DNA of 64,000 nt, from the IMG/VR virus record IMGVR_UViG_3300027143_000001, positions 45,119 to 109,118 of that record, one strand, 5' to 3'. The translations under genes were made by a program, and so were the position numbers. Positions 49,987-60,448 of the stretch are shown piece by piece. Numbering within the stretch: position 1 is the first letter of the stretch; every line of letters starts with the position of its first letter. The DNA comes from a virus. The notes beneath the pieces are model-generated. The model did no database searches. It worked only from the letters and a program-made list of their open reading frames with translations, and was not told the DNA's origin.

Positions 49987-51645
49987 TTAGAATGAACCTC
50001 CAGTGATGGGGTTGCGCATCACGATTTTGAGAACTTTGGTTGGGTCCTTAACCCAGATAGAAGGCATCATCTGAGTCATGAATACACGGTAACCGTTGAA
50101 GTTACCTACAGAGGCAAACCCTTGAGAGCGACCCATGTAGTCCATAGTACCGTTTTGATAGAACCACTTCAACTCGCTGTCCCACTTCAACTTCAACAAG
50201 AAGATGTTGTCGTTGGTGTTGTCAGTGATGTCGAACACGATAAAGTTGTAAGAAGACAATGGGAAACCGTCAATGATTGGGTTCTCCACATCGTTAGTGT
50301 GTACGTTGTCAAAAGCAGGGTTCAACACAAACTTCACGTTTGCCAAGAATGGGATAGTGTAGCTGGTGAACGCAAACCCGAAGTTCAGGTCCATAGCGTT
50401 GTTACCAGAGATAGCACCAATACCGTTCTTAGACATGTCTGTGAACAAAGAGTTGTTCTGTGTAGCACTTGCACCTGCGATGTTGAAGGCCTCTTGCTTG
50501 ATCGCCTCGTTAACCATACGCATACCGGCCATACCAGTTTGAACGATGATCTGACGAGAAGGATCTGGACCTTTGAAATCAACCTTACCATTGTAGAAGT
50601 TGAAGATCTCAGAGCGGAACAATTCCAAAGAGAAACCATTCTTGTTGTAGATTCTCTTGAACGAGTTGTCCAATTGATCCCACAAACCTACTGACAAACG
50701 AATGTCATCTGGTCCGTCTTGCTTGATTCTTCCACCCTTACCCCACATCAGGTAAGTTTCAATGTCATTGGCAATCTTGCTCAAGTGAGCTGATTCCATC
50801 TTAGTAACGAATGTTCTGGTCAAAGAACCATTGTCATACGCCTTCTTGATGTAATCTTTACCAAGTTTAGAAACCATTGCATCGATGTTAGTCAATGATG
50901 GGTCGTTTGCGATGTTAGCATCAAATGAGCGCCAGATCTCAGTTACAGGAACTGTACCGTCAGCGTTCATACCGCCTTTCATCATCATCTCTGCACGAGA
51001 AGATACAGAGTAGTGTACGTTAGCTTCAGCTCCACCTACAAAGTTGTAGTACTCACGGAAGCCAGCGTTCAATTCTCCGATGTCAGAGAACTTCTCACCG
51101 TACTCACCACGAGCAGAACCTTTGCGGAAGAACTTAGTTCCAGGCTTCAAATACTTGCCTGTCTCCAAGCCAGTGTCGTTGCTGTTGTTTACCAACTGTA
51201 CAGTGTAGATGAAACCATCACCTGCAGGAAGGATGTCATCAGCAGTAACGAACAATTCCAAACCTTTGAACTTGTCATAGGTGATGATGTCGTTGTGACC
51301 GAAAGCACGCTTGTTCAATTTGATCTTGAACGTAGTACCGTCGATACCTACTGTTCCTGTCTCGATGTTCTCAACTACATAAGGAAGATCCTGTACAATA
51401 GGAGTCTGCCATTTGTACTCGCCACGAGCGTTGTCTACTAAGATGGTATTCTTACCACCGAATGATGCCATTTGATAAAGGGGCATCTCTACCTTTTGGG
51501 ACATGGCCCACAAATCAACCGGACCTAAATCCATAGGTTCGGTGTTTTTGAGCATGTTCACCAAATGGTAGCTGTCCACGTGTGAAGACACCTTGTAGTT
51601 GGTGTCACGTAGGAACAAACCATTGTTTAAAACTGGTGTTGCCAT
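49987..51645 (-). CDS. Major capsid protein (552 aa)
   Basis: Order terL-portal-acidic protein-MCP; GEYKWQT, YLMWGKGG...GLWDQL and TGMAGM segments typical of crAss-like MCPs; strong codon bias. Confidence 0.85.
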   Translation of the reverse strand: MATPVLNNGLFLRDTNYKVSSHVDSYHLVNMLKNTEPMDLGPVDLWAMSQKVEMPLYQMASFGGKNTILVDNARGEYKWQTPIVQDLPYVVENIETGTVGIDGTTFKIKLNKRAFGHNDIITYDKFKGLELFVTADDILPAGDGFIYTVQLVNNSNDTGLETGKYLKPGTKFFRKGSARGEYGEKFSDIGELNAGFREYYNFVGGAEANVHYSVSSRAEMMMKGGMNADGTVPVTEIWRSFDANIANDPSLTNIDAMVSKLGKDYIKKAYDNGSLTRTFVTKMESAHLSKIANDIETYLMWGKGGRIKQDGPDDIRLSVGLWDQLDNSFKRIYNKNGFSLELFRSEIFNFYNGKVDFKGPDPSRQIIVQTGMAGMRMVNEAIKQEAFNIAGASATQNNSLFTDMSKNGIGAISGNNAMDLNFGFAFTSYTIPFLANVKFVLNPAFDNVHTNDVENPIIDGFPLSSYNFIVFDITDNTNDNIFLLKLKWDSELKWFYQNGTMDYMGRSQGFASVGNFNGYRVFMTQMMPSIWVKDPTKVLKIVMRNPITGGSF

Positions 51646-51686
51646 AGTTAGGGTTAGGGATTAAGTGTTAATATAGGTGTACGTTG

Positions 51687-52940
51687 TTATCGCTTAAATA
51701 TGTTTGCAGGCTGGTTTCTGGAGATTCTGCGCTGCGCTGGTTTGCTAGGTGCATCATCTTCTTCATCTCTTACAGAAGAGCTCAGCTTGCGCGCTTCCTC
51801 TGTCTTTAATTTGCGGGCAGTGTCCTGTACTACTTCGTTCTTTGCCTGGCGACGGATATTCTCCTTGTAGTCGTCTGGATCACTCAACAACCAAAGCGTT
51901 TCTGCAATCAGGTCGTAGCGTGGCTCCTTGCCAAACTGGTAGTCTTCCAATAGTCTTCCCAACAGGTTGGTAGGACGTCCGGTGATAGAGTTGTACTTTA
52001 CAGTGGTCAACTCGTCCCACAGGAACTTCTGGCGCTTTCCATCAATCTTCACACCGTTCAGTTCACCTGGTTTAAGTGTGTGATAGATATTGCTCATGAA
52101 CTGCTCTTTCTGCTCTTGTTGTTGCTGGCGGAACTGCTCTTGCTGAACAAGTTTAGCCTGCACCATTTCTTCCTGCTTCTGGTCCAACTTGGGTTTAAAC
52201 TGCTGTGCTTTTTTAGCCAGCGTTCCCATGTCTACCCATTCCTGAATCTGATCTTCCAACAAGTCCTGGTCTCCGTTACCAAAATTGGTAGCTTGCAGGT
52301 ACTGACGAACAATAAGTTCCTGGTGGTCAGAATTGGTTACATCAAGGCTGCGTACTTCTTCTACTGCGGCAAGGGCTCTGAAAAGACCTTTCATGTCATT
52401 GCCACCGCGGGCTACATACTCAGCTGCATACTTGAGTTCATTAGGTAATGCATCAAAAAATTCTTTTGGAGTCTGATCACGAATCGCTTTCTCGCGTTCT
52501 TCAATGTTAGCCTGGATAAGTTCCTTCCAGTCCTTCATAGAGTAATCATCCAACGGCTTTTCCTCATCAAAAGGGAATATCACTCCCTCATCAATAAGTT
52601 TGGTGAACGTTTCCACCATACCGCTTTTATCAATCTTCTTGCGTCCTGGCTTAGAGGCAGTGTCATCATCGACACCTTCAAGCTCTTCATCAAGAGCAGC
52701 AAGAGTTTTTTGTACGTCAACGACTCTGGGTTTGTCACCCTCTCCGTCGTCTGTGCCACCTTTATCGTCATCTTCTAGAAAACTTAGGTCGGCTGGTTTT
52801 GCATTGCTGAACAAGGAAGGTTTTGCACCTTCATCATCGTCGGATGTAACAATGCTATCAGCACCTGGCATTGGCAAAAAGTCATCAATGCTGTCGATAG
52901 TAACACTATCGGTGCTGGTGTTTTCTCCGGGTTTACTCAT
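51687..52940 (-). CDS. Acidic scaffold-like protein (417 aa)
   Basis: Very acidic N-terminus, Q-rich coiled coil, located between portal and MCP. Confidence 0.65.
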   Translation of the reverse strand: MSKPGENTSTDSVTIDSIDDFLPMPGADSIVTSDDDEGAKPSLFSNAKPADLSFLEDDDKGGTDDGEGDKPRVVDVQKTLAALDEELEGVDDDTASKPGRKKIDKSGMVETFTKLIDEGVIFPFDEEKPLDDYSMKDWKELIQANIEEREKAIRDQTPKEFFDALPNELKYAAEYVARGGNDMKGLFRALAAVEEVRSLDVTNSDHQELIVRQYLQATNFGNGDQDLLEDQIQEWVDMGTLAKKAQQFKPKLDQKQEEMVQAKLVQQEQFRQQQQEQKEQFMSNIYHTLKPGELNGVKIDGKRQKFLWDELTTVKYNSITGRPTNLLGRLLEDYQFGKEPRYDLIAETLWLLSDPDDYKENIRRQAKNEVVQDTARKLKTEEARKLSSSVRDEEDDAPSKPAQRRISRNQPANIFKR

Positions 52941-53049
52941 AATTGGTTTATGTTGGTTAGCTCTTCATATATAATCTACAAGAATAAACCTGTAGAATTT
53001 ACATCTTAGAGAGGTAAGCTTTACATTTTCCGCACTATATCGCTAAGGC

Positions 53050-55779
53050 TTACTCCTTGTCGTACTTATTCTTGTTGGTTTGCGCTACTTGCAGCTGTTT
53101 GTTGGCAATACTCTCGCGAATACGCAGCTCATCACGCTGAAGATTAAGCTTCTGCTGTTCAGTCATTTGCTTATTTAGTTCGCGCTCGCGCTGCATGGCT
53201 CCATCACGTTCCTGCATGTTCTTTTTATCCAGGTATTCCAGTGTCTTGATGTAGTCGGTCTGACCATCTTTGTCAGCGTCCATCATCGCGGTGTAACCCG
53301 CAGAGCGGATCTCAGCGACCTGTACATCTTTCTCGCGGTCAAGAGCGCGTTGTTCTGCCTGGAACTTAAGCTGAGCCTCCATGCGTTGTGTTTCCGCTTC
53401 CTGCTTCATCTTTTCAGTTTCCTGCATGGACTGCATCTCCTGTTGCTTGGATTGTGCAACTTTCTCCTCGATACCTTTCATGGTATGGGTGATCTCAGCA
53501 AGCGAATCTGCTTTGAGGATATTACCCAGGTCATAGATAGAAGCACCTGCGGTGTTGTTGTTCATGGCCAGTCCGCGGATCTGCTCCATGATCTGGCGCT
53601 GGTTCACCTTGGTAGAGGCAAACACGTTGAGCTCACGGCTTAATAATTCTGTACCGTTGATCTGGAAGTTAACCTTCTCATCCAACGATGTGATATACTG
53701 CAGGCGCAGTGATGGACGGTTGGAGTGGTAGTATTGTGCCAGGTCAGTACGCATCTGGTGCACGCGTGGCATCAGGTACTCTGAGTGCTGAATAAAGTAC
53801 ATCTCAGTTTGAGAGTATGAGGCATTCATTGCCTGCTGGACACCGGTAGCGGTTTCCTGGGCAATGACCTGTCCCATACGCTGGGGATTTACACCAATGG
53901 TCTCATAGGCTTGTTGCTTAAAGTGATTGGCCAGTTGGATACGGCTCATCAAACGCTGGGTCTGCTCCAGGTTCAGTACCTGGTAGTGCTGGAAGTTCAG
54001 CGCGTTTTCTGTATTGGTGATGGATGTGTCAAACGGTAGCATCTGAAAGTTCTTCATGGCCACATATGCTTTAGCAAATTGGTCATGTCCCCAGTCTTCT
54101 CCCATAGAGTGCTTAGGTAATGCGTTCTGGTCTAGCATGATAACTGTGCCTAACTCATCTACCAGGATGTCTGCAATCTGGTTGTTTACCAGATTGTATC
54201 CTATCTGGTATGGCTTCATTTTATCAACCATTGAAGCACTCTTGGTATTACGGTCTGAGAATACAGCTCCTTCTACAGGAAGCTTGCAACCGTATATGCT
54301 GAAGTCTCCCTTAAACTGGAAGCGTACAGGTTTTACATTTAAGTATAGTGGTTGAAATCCATTAGCATCTACGTTACCATAGAAACTTGGACGGTTAGGT
54401 CCAATCTTGATTCCACCCCATACCTCGTTGATCCATATCCAATCCACGTGCTCGCCATAGATTAATGTCTCACGACACTTCTTCTTCATAACGGAGTTGT
54501 CATACAATGGCTTTTCTGTTACCTTGTAGTTCTCATCTACAATCATGTCGACAATGATACCATCGTCACCAATCTTACTTAGGTGACCCACCATGCGCTG
54601 GCTTTTCCAGTATGATGTAGTCACACGAAGCAGGTTCATATTAGATAAGTCACTAAGGTCTTCAGATTCGTTTAAGATTCTGAACAGGACATCATCTCCT
54701 GTGCTGATAAATGTATCGCGTGCAGTCATGAACTGGCGCATACCCAAAGAAGGACCTTGTGTGTTCCACTCATAAGAGCGAGTAGGGTCATAGAAACTTC
54801 CGTCGTTCTGCACGCCTGGTAACATGTACCCAGCAGCTTTAGTAGGATAGATTGCTTCAAGAGCTTCCAGTTGTTCACCGCTCATCATCCAACCGTACTT
54901 GTCCACGATATCTGAAAGAGTCATCAGGTCAAGGCGTCCCACCCAGTTGGACTGAGAAATGTAACGCGCCTCAGGACTTTTGTGATAGAATGTCAATACA
55001 GGGTTCCACACTTCAATGTCAAAGTCATCCTCGTTCATTTTGAAGTGCCAGAACTCGCGGTCGGTCACCAGCATGTCGCGGAATGCCATAGTCTCCAGCT
55101 CCTGCATGTAGAATCTCTCTACATCCACGTTGTGCTGGTGGGTTGCCCACTCCTCTACCATACTGCGGTAGTCTTTCTTAAAGAACTCCTCAATTTCAGG
55201 AAGGGTCTTCAGGTTCTCAGGGCTCATCATTTGCTGAGCTTTCTGTGCCTGCTCCTCGTTTTCCATATCCAGTCCCATTTGTTCAATGGTCTGTTGCATC
55301 TGGCGTTCTGCATCGGCCAACAATGTCTGCTCAATCATGAGGCGCTTTGCCTCCATGAGTTCATTGAATGAAGTATCGTCTACTGCACGGTAAGTGATGC
55401 GGTCGTTGCGCTTGGCAAACTCCCCTACCATCACGTTGATGACGTTGGGAATGATGGGAAAAAACTTCAGCTCAAATGCAGAAGCATCTTCTTTGGTAAG
55501 CACATCGATCAAATCTGCTACCTCATTGTCTTCCTCTACCACATAGTCTGTCTTGTCAATGATACCGTTAGCCAGTTTGTAGTTTTTCAACAAACGGCGC
55601 GCATTACGGCGGATCTGCTTAAGCCCCTGCATTTCCAACCAGTCCATGTTCCACGCTCCCCAAGCATCATCTTTTTCATCGCGCAACAAAAATTGCACGG
55701 GCTGTGTAATGGTACCCATGCGGTTGTATTCCGCTCTGGCGCCATTCTTTAATTGTAATGCGTTATAAATTTTAGGCAT
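53050..55779 (-). CDS. Portal protein (909 aa)
   Basis: Follows terL; FFPIIPNVINVMVGE, SMVDKMKPYQIGYN and GVNPQRMG segments; long C-terminal coiled coil. Confidence 0.88.
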   Translation of the reverse strand: MPKIYNALQLKNGARAEYNRMGTITQPVQFLLRDEKDDAWGAWNMDWLEMQGLKQIRRNARRLLKNYKLANGIIDKTDYVVEEDNEVADLIDVLTKEDASAFELKFFPIIPNVINVMVGEFAKRNDRITYRAVDDTSFNELMEAKRLMIEQTLLADAERQMQQTIEQMGLDMENEEQAQKAQQMMSPENLKTLPEIEEFFKKDYRSMVEEWATHQHNVDVERFYMQELETMAFRDMLVTDREFWHFKMNEDDFDIEVWNPVLTFYHKSPEARYISQSNWVGRLDLMTLSDIVDKYGWMMSGEQLEALEAIYPTKAAGYMLPGVQNDGSFYDPTRSYEWNTQGPSLGMRQFMTARDTFISTGDDVLFRILNESEDLSDLSNMNLLRVTTSYWKSQRMVGHLSKIGDDGIIVDMIVDENYKVTEKPLYDNSVMKKKCRETLIYGEHVDWIWINEVWGGIKIGPNRPSFYGNVDANGFQPLYLNVKPVRFQFKGDFSIYGCKLPVEGAVFSDRNTKSASMVDKMKPYQIGYNLVNNQIADILVDELGTVIMLDQNALPKHSMGEDWGHDQFAKAYVAMKNFQMLPFDTSITNTENALNFQHYQVLNLEQTQRLMSRIQLANHFKQQAYETIGVNPQRMGQVIAQETATGVQQAMNASYSQTEMYFIQHSEYLMPRVHQMRTDLAQYYHSNRPSLRLQYITSLDEKVNFQINGTELLSRELNVFASTKVNQRQIMEQIRGLAMNNNTAGASIYDLGNILKADSLAEITHTMKGIEEKVAQSKQQEMQSMQETEKMKQEAETQRMEAQLKFQAEQRALDREKDVQVAEIRSAGYTAMMDADKDGQTDYIKTLEYLDKKNMQERDGAMQRERELNKQMTEQQKLNLQRDELRIRESIANKQLQVAQTNKNKYDKE

Positions 55780-55799
55780 GGTGTTTTCAATAGGTCAGG

Positions 55800-57998
55800 T
55801 TAACGTAAATTCCTGAACGGATTTCTGGGTTTTTTACTAAGTGGAGAACCGCCACTGGTTTGACCCATATGGCGGAAGGGGCTCTTATATAATGTACTGA
55901 ATTTGGAAGAGTTATCCAAATTGGTTTGTTCACGTTCCACGCGTTTACTGTAGCCCCTGTTGGACTCTTGCACCTTGGCAAAAGCAACCAGTGCACAGAA
56001 CGTTACAAGTCTATCGACGTTGAGCCCTTTGCGATATGCCTGCATTTCTTTAAGCAGCATCGGATCAGGTATGCGCTCTACTCCGTGTATAGTTTTTTTG
56101 ATCTCACCGTTCTCATCACTTTCATGATCAAGCTCCTCTTCCATGAACTGTACCGCATAGCTGAGCAGGTTGCCACGGAAGATGTTTCCTACGTTGCGCC
56201 ATCCATACTCCTGGTATACGTTGGTGTTACTCATCAGCTCTTTAAGAAACAGAATCTGGTTCTTTGGTACCAGGTACTTTTGCTTGCGCTTGGAGATCAT
56301 GTACTGGATAAACAAACTGATGTTGTTTTCCACAATGGTCCATGCGTTGTACCACTCAATGATCAGCTCCAGGCGTTCATGGGTTTTATTCAGGTCGTCA
56401 AAACGACCGCACCATGACGCCACGATCCTGTCACGCTCAATATGCTGTTCAATGCTGCCGTCTTTTTTGTGACGGGTAATCTCCTGTGAGGTTTTGTATA
56501 CGTATATCGAGCACAGGGATTCAGACGTAGTTGTCTTACCTTCTGCCACGGGGTCAATGCTTGCGTAGTACGTACCAAACTGCGGGTCTTTGACCGGGCG
56601 TTCGTATACGCATATCACCCCTTCCTTGTTCTGTGTTTTGGGTGTGATGGGAAACTCCATGATGGGAAGCTTGCGACTTTCCTTGGCCTGAATCTTACCA
56701 TGCTCATCACGGTTGAGTTCTACGTATTCTGTAAAGTATGTTTTGTCTTCAATGCGTCTGAGCTGCTGGGTCACCAGGTGAAGCGGGAACACAGAGTCCT
56801 CGCGCGACGCAAATGCCTCTGATATGTACATGGGTTTCTGAGATACCCTCAGCTGGTACTCATCCGGGCGCAGTTGCTTTTTCCACAGCTCACGCTCTGC
56901 TAGGATCATTGCCATGGCTTCCTCTACCTTAGAGTTACCCCACTGGTCAATGCAGGGAATCATACTCCACTGTTCAGGAATAAACAAGCCGCACTCGCCA
57001 ATCTGTCCGTTCTCATCCATCAGGTTAGTCTCAATGGCAAGCACGTCCTTGGAATCCGGGTTCATGATCAGCTCCTTCAACGGTTCACACTGCTCCAGAT
57101 CACCCACAGATCCTGCTACCACAAACTGACCGGTGTATATCATACCGGATTTCATCGCAGGTAACAAGTACTCCAGCGTTTTACCCATGTGTGGGGCGAT
57201 ACCCGCCTCCTCATGGAAGAACAACGTACAGGGACCACCGACTCCGTTGGTAGGATCTTTTTCCAGTACCAGTCCAATCAGTACGGATTTCAAACCCACG
57301 TCACGCTTGCGACCACCCTGGTTGATCTCAATCTTCTGTTCCCAGTTAAGTACCTTGTCAGGATTACTGGGACGGTACCATGCAGTGTGGGTGTTTAAGA
57401 AGTTACGGTACTCCTCCAGGAAACGCCAGGTACCTTTCTCTGCGATGTAATCTTTTAGAGAACCCGCCATCTTGTTGATGGCACCCTCTTCAAACCAGTA
57501 CAGGTTAATCATCTTGGCAGCATGGAAATAGGAGGACGCAATCTGACGTTTCTTTAAAATCGCTGCGTGTTTGTATTGCTGCTTGGCCAGCTCTTCATAA
57601 AGAGCCATGTGATACTGTGCATCACGCACGTCCGGGAAGGTAAACTTACTGACCTCTTTGTTGTAGATAGGTAAGAAGTTTAACCACATGTAGTAGTCAC
57701 GGGTAAGGTACCAGGTGTGCTTGCCGTTTTTGAAAATGACACCGTTACGGCACTTCTCTTTCTCCGTGTCCCAGTACACCACAAAGTCTTTACTCTTGGG
57801 TGGTGCAGGGCAGTAGAACTTATCCTGGTTGAACTTGCGGGCCTGCTTGTTAAACAATAGGGAACACTCGTCAAAATGATACTCACCAGGCTTCTTGAAA
57901 ATGGACCACAGAAATTCGCGGAACGTTTCACGTGTCACAAATTCCGTGTGGCCCCACTCTCCAGTGGCGTAATCATAGGTTGGGATCTTTATATACAT
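55800..57998 (-). CDS. terL: Terminase large subunit (732 aa)
   Basis: LKKRQIASSY (Walker A region), FFHEEAG (Walker B), YASIDPV nuclease Asp, IVENN, NVDRL. Confidence 0.92.
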   Translation of the reverse strand: MYIKIPTYDYATGEWGHTEFVTRETFREFLWSIFKKPGEYHFDECSLLFNKQARKFNQDKFYCPAPPKSKDFVVYWDTEKEKCRNGVIFKNGKHTWYLTRDYYMWLNFLPIYNKEVSKFTFPDVRDAQYHMALYEELAKQQYKHAAILKKRQIASSYFHAAKMINLYWFEEGAINKMAGSLKDYIAEKGTWRFLEEYRNFLNTHTAWYRPSNPDKVLNWEQKIEINQGGRKRDVGLKSVLIGLVLEKDPTNGVGGPCTLFFHEEAGIAPHMGKTLEYLLPAMKSGMIYTGQFVVAGSVGDLEQCEPLKELIMNPDSKDVLAIETNLMDENGQIGECGLFIPEQWSMIPCIDQWGNSKVEEAMAMILAERELWKKQLRPDEYQLRVSQKPMYISEAFASREDSVFPLHLVTQQLRRIEDKTYFTEYVELNRDEHGKIQAKESRKLPIMEFPITPKTQNKEGVICVYERPVKDPQFGTYYASIDPVAEGKTTTSESLCSIYVYKTSQEITRHKKDGSIEQHIERDRIVASWCGRFDDLNKTHERLELIIEWYNAWTIVENNISLFIQYMISKRKQKYLVPKNQILFLKELMSNTNVYQEYGWRNVGNIFRGNLLSYAVQFMEEELDHESDENGEIKKTIHGVERIPDPMLLKEMQAYRKGLNVDRLVTFCALVAFAKVQESNRGYSKRVEREQTNLDNSSKFSTLYKSPFRHMGQTSGGSPLSKKPRNPFRNLR

Positions 57999-58198
57999 CA
58001 GTTCTTCAGGTCGTCTACATGCAATCGCACGTGTAGCATGTCAGGGCACCATACCACATCTTCAATGCGGTAGCGTTGTGCGTTGATTTCTATGCTCTCT
58101 CCAATTCTTGGGACAAAACTGGACATATAGCGTTTTAGTGTACCGTCATTTTTGTGCAGTACAATGATCTTAATAGCCGTTGTCGTACTCATATGCAT
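57998..58198 (-). CDS. Hypothetical protein (66 aa)
   Basis: VPRIGESIEINAQRYRIEDVVW small beta domain; TGATG coupling to terL. Confidence 0.55.
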   Translation of the reverse strand: MHMSTTTAIKIIVLHKNDGTLKRYMSSFVPRIGESIEINAQRYRIEDVVWCPDMLHVRLHVDDLKN

Positions 58199-58538
58199 CA
58201 GGGGAATTATGGTGTGCTTTTAATTTTTGCAGCAAAGACGTAATGCATGACGCTTCAAACACCTTGTGTGTTGTAGCCATGCCGCTCCAGTATGGGTTAC
58301 TGTCTTCCCTGTGATAAGCCTTCCATGTTTTGGTATAGCTGTTATAGTGGTACAACCAGTCGTACATCCACTCATCTTCTGATACGGTAGGCGTAACAGT
58401 TTCTTTAGTGTGGCGGGTGCGTAATTTGTACCCTTTAAACCATAACCAATCAGCAACGCGTTGGCAATATTGTTTGTGGTGCAGCCAAAGAGAAATCTCT
58501 ACAAGGCACCAGGCCAGGGATTCAGTGATTCTTTTCAT
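58170..58538 (-). CDS. Hypothetical protein (~122 aa)
   Basis: Aromatic-rich DWLYHYNSYTKTWKAY module; start placed at MKRITES, uncertain. Confidence 0.5.
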   Translation of the reverse strand: MKRITESLAWCLVEISLWLHHKQYCQRVADWLWFKGYKLRTRHTKETVTPTVSEDEWMYDWLYHYNSYTKTWKAYHREDSNPYWSGMATTHKVFEASCITSLLQKLKAHHNSPDAYEYDNGY

Positions 58539-58737
58539 GTTGATAGGATTTTGTATGTAAGTAATACAAGCCAAAGAACAAACCCGACACGCAGTAAAAC
58601 ACGATGTCCGTAGTCCAGTAGGAACCTGTCCACTCCATCACCAGGGCGAAGAGTGCATCGAAACCAAAAGGGTTGAAGAACATAGCCAGCATCAGCAGGA
58701 TGTTCCTGGTGGTTGTATGTCTGTATAGCTTCATCAT
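58522..58737 (-). CDS. Small membrane protein (71 aa)
   Basis: Two to three hydrophobic segments. Confidence 0.55.
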   Translation of the reverse strand: MMKLYRHTTTRNILLMLAMFFNPFGFDALFALVMEWTGSYWTTDIVFYCVSGLFFGLYYLHTKSYQHEKNH

Positions 58738-58767
58738 CAGGGTCCATAGAATACGTATTCGTTCAAC

Positions 58768-59283
58768 TTACATCTGGTCGTAGCCCAGTTGCTGGCCTCC
58801 GCGTACCATGCTTTTCTGCTCTTCCATCAAATCTTTGTATGCACCTTTAAAGCTCATGCGGATTGCTTCAAACTTTGCAGCTGCATTTACCAGGGAGTTT
58901 ATGTTGCCATCACGCCCGTGTTCAATGGGCGTGGTTTCCATGTACTTTGCCAGACGGTCCAACATATGTTTCATACCAATGTATGCACGATAGGTTGGCG
59001 TCTCGTAAAGCTTCTTGCACATCTCCAGGGCATACAGGATCGGTTCATCTTCTGTAGAGAAATCAGGGTTGATCTGTGAGAGTATTAGTTCTTCTTTTTC
59101 ATTCTCCGGTGTATCAAAGAATGGGTTCATGTCCGGGTTGGGACAGCTCATGTAGAACAGGTATAGGTACACTTTCATGTAACTGTCAGGATACTCATCC
59201 ATAATATCCTTCAGGAACTTTAGCGCATAGCAGTGTTCTGATGGTATGATGGCGCCTTCGTTTATGTCAAATAGCTTTACCAT
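58768..59283 (-). CDS. Conserved protein upstream of terL (171 aa), candidate terminase small subunit
   Basis: Helical protein ending MVRGGQQLGYDQM, close upstream of terL; function inferred from position only. Confidence 0.5.
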   Translation of the reverse strand: MVKLFDINEGAIIPSEHCYALKFLKDIMDEYPDSYMKVYLYLFYMSCPNPDMNPFFDTPENEKEELILSQINPDFSTEDEPILYALEMCKKLYETPTYRAYIGMKHMLDRLAKYMETTPIEHGRDGNINSLVNAAAKFEAIRMSFKGAYKDLMEEQKSMVRGGQQLGYDQM

Positions 59284-60131
59284 TATTTCTTTTTCTTCTT
59301 CTGCAACATTGCAGCGTTATCCTTGTACCAGCTCATGATTGCCATGACCTCATCTTTAAGATAAGGCAAGTGATAGGGAATTACTTCTTTTACAATAGGT
59401 TCCCCGTTGCTGTCAAGCTTGCTGATAGGATATCCAAACTCATCTTTTTCATCTTCCTCCTCAAACACAATGTGATGAATTGTCAGTTTGCCAGGTTTTA
59501 AGTTTGGATTATGCTTTAAGATCATGAACATGTAGATGCTCAGCTGGAGGTTGTAATGATTTAGGTTGCAATCATCCAGGTGTGATACAGGAAAGTTCAT
59601 CTTCTGTGAGATACCTTCCCAGTTCTTAAAAGATTCCTGCTTGATCTCCTTATTGGTTTTGTAGTCGGTGATATACACTGCACCATTAGCCACCTCCACC
59701 AGGTCTGATTGTCCACAGACACCTGCTGAGCGTAAGTATACCATGTGTTCAGGATAGATCCCTTCAATTAGTTTCTGCGAAGGGGCCACTTTTTTTCCGT
59801 GTTCATCAAACATGGGACGAATCACCGGCAGTTCCTGGTTGTGACGAGTCAGGGTTGTGCAGCCGGTGATATCATTCTCACGTTGGTCATGATACCAGTT
59901 ACCCAGGTTACAGGCACGCTCAGATTCTTTCTTCCATGCAGCCTGTATCTGGTCTACTGTCATACCATACCATTTGCCCTTTTTGTTTGCGGCACTTTTT
60001 TTCGCTACCGTGTCGCTGTCAAAGGGTTGTTTCAAATGACCAATAAGTGTGGTCACGCTTGTCCAGACGGTTGTGTCGCTGGTGTCAATACTCTTGTACG
60101 AGTGGGTTGTGGGTTCAAATACCAGTGCCAT
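59283..60131 (-). CDS. PD-(D/E)xK (RecB/Cas4-like) nuclease (282 aa)
   Basis: SVTTLI, GNWYH, EHMVY, GQSDLV, ITDYKT, YNLQLSIY; start at MALVFEP through a TGATG overlap. Confidence 0.85.
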   Translation of the reverse strand: MALVFEPTTHSYKSIDTSDTTVWTSVTTLIGHLKQPFDSDTVAKKSAANKKGKWYGMTVDQIQAAWKKESERACNLGNWYHDQRENDITGCTTLTRHNQELPVIRPMFDEHGKKVAPSQKLIEGIYPEHMVYLRSAGVCGQSDLVEVANGAVYITDYKTNKEIKQESFKNWEGISQKMNFPVSHLDDCNLNHYNLQLSIYMFMILKHNPNLKPGKLTIHHIVFEEEDEKDEFGYPISKLDSNGEPIVKEVIPYHLPYLKDEVMAIMSWYKDNAAMLQKKKKK

Positions 60132-60448
60132 CAGTCCTCCGCTTCTAATTGTTCTTTCAGTTTGTCTTCTTCTTCCGGTGTCATCACCGCCTCCCACTTA
60201 CCCTTGTCACAGGCAGCTGACATTGCTCGTAGCTTTAGGGCCAGCGAGCAGCCACATGCACCGCAACAGGGTTGCGTACCAGGAATGGCACAGCTCTTAC
60301 CCTCTCTGTCAATAAACTCACATGCCTCACAGATCTCCCGGCGTGCTGCCGCAATCTGCTCCACATGCTCTTTTTTGAACACCCGGTTCACGATTCCTTC
60401 AAGAATCTTCCCCTTGTTTTTCCAGATCTGAATGATCGTATTTTTCAT
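60131..60448 (-). CDS. Cys-rich putative metal-binding protein (105 aa)
   Basis: RREICEAC...C...CCGACGC...K......C..GKW. Confidence 0.65.
   Translation of the reverse strand: MKNTIIQIWKNKGKILEGIVNRVFKKEHVEQIAAARREICEACEFIDREGKSCAIPGTQPCCGACGCSLALKLRAMSAACDKGKWEAVMTPEEEDKLKEQLEAED

Noticed and set aside
49987-57998. Inteins or self-splicing introns in terL, portal or MCP
   Set aside because: ORFs are continuous with ordinary lengths and no intein or homing-endonuclease motifs were noticed.
58535-58747. Alternative 70-aa ORF overlapping the membrane-protein gene
   Set aside because: It lies in a different frame over a more protein-like hydrophobic ORF; kept only as a weak alternative.
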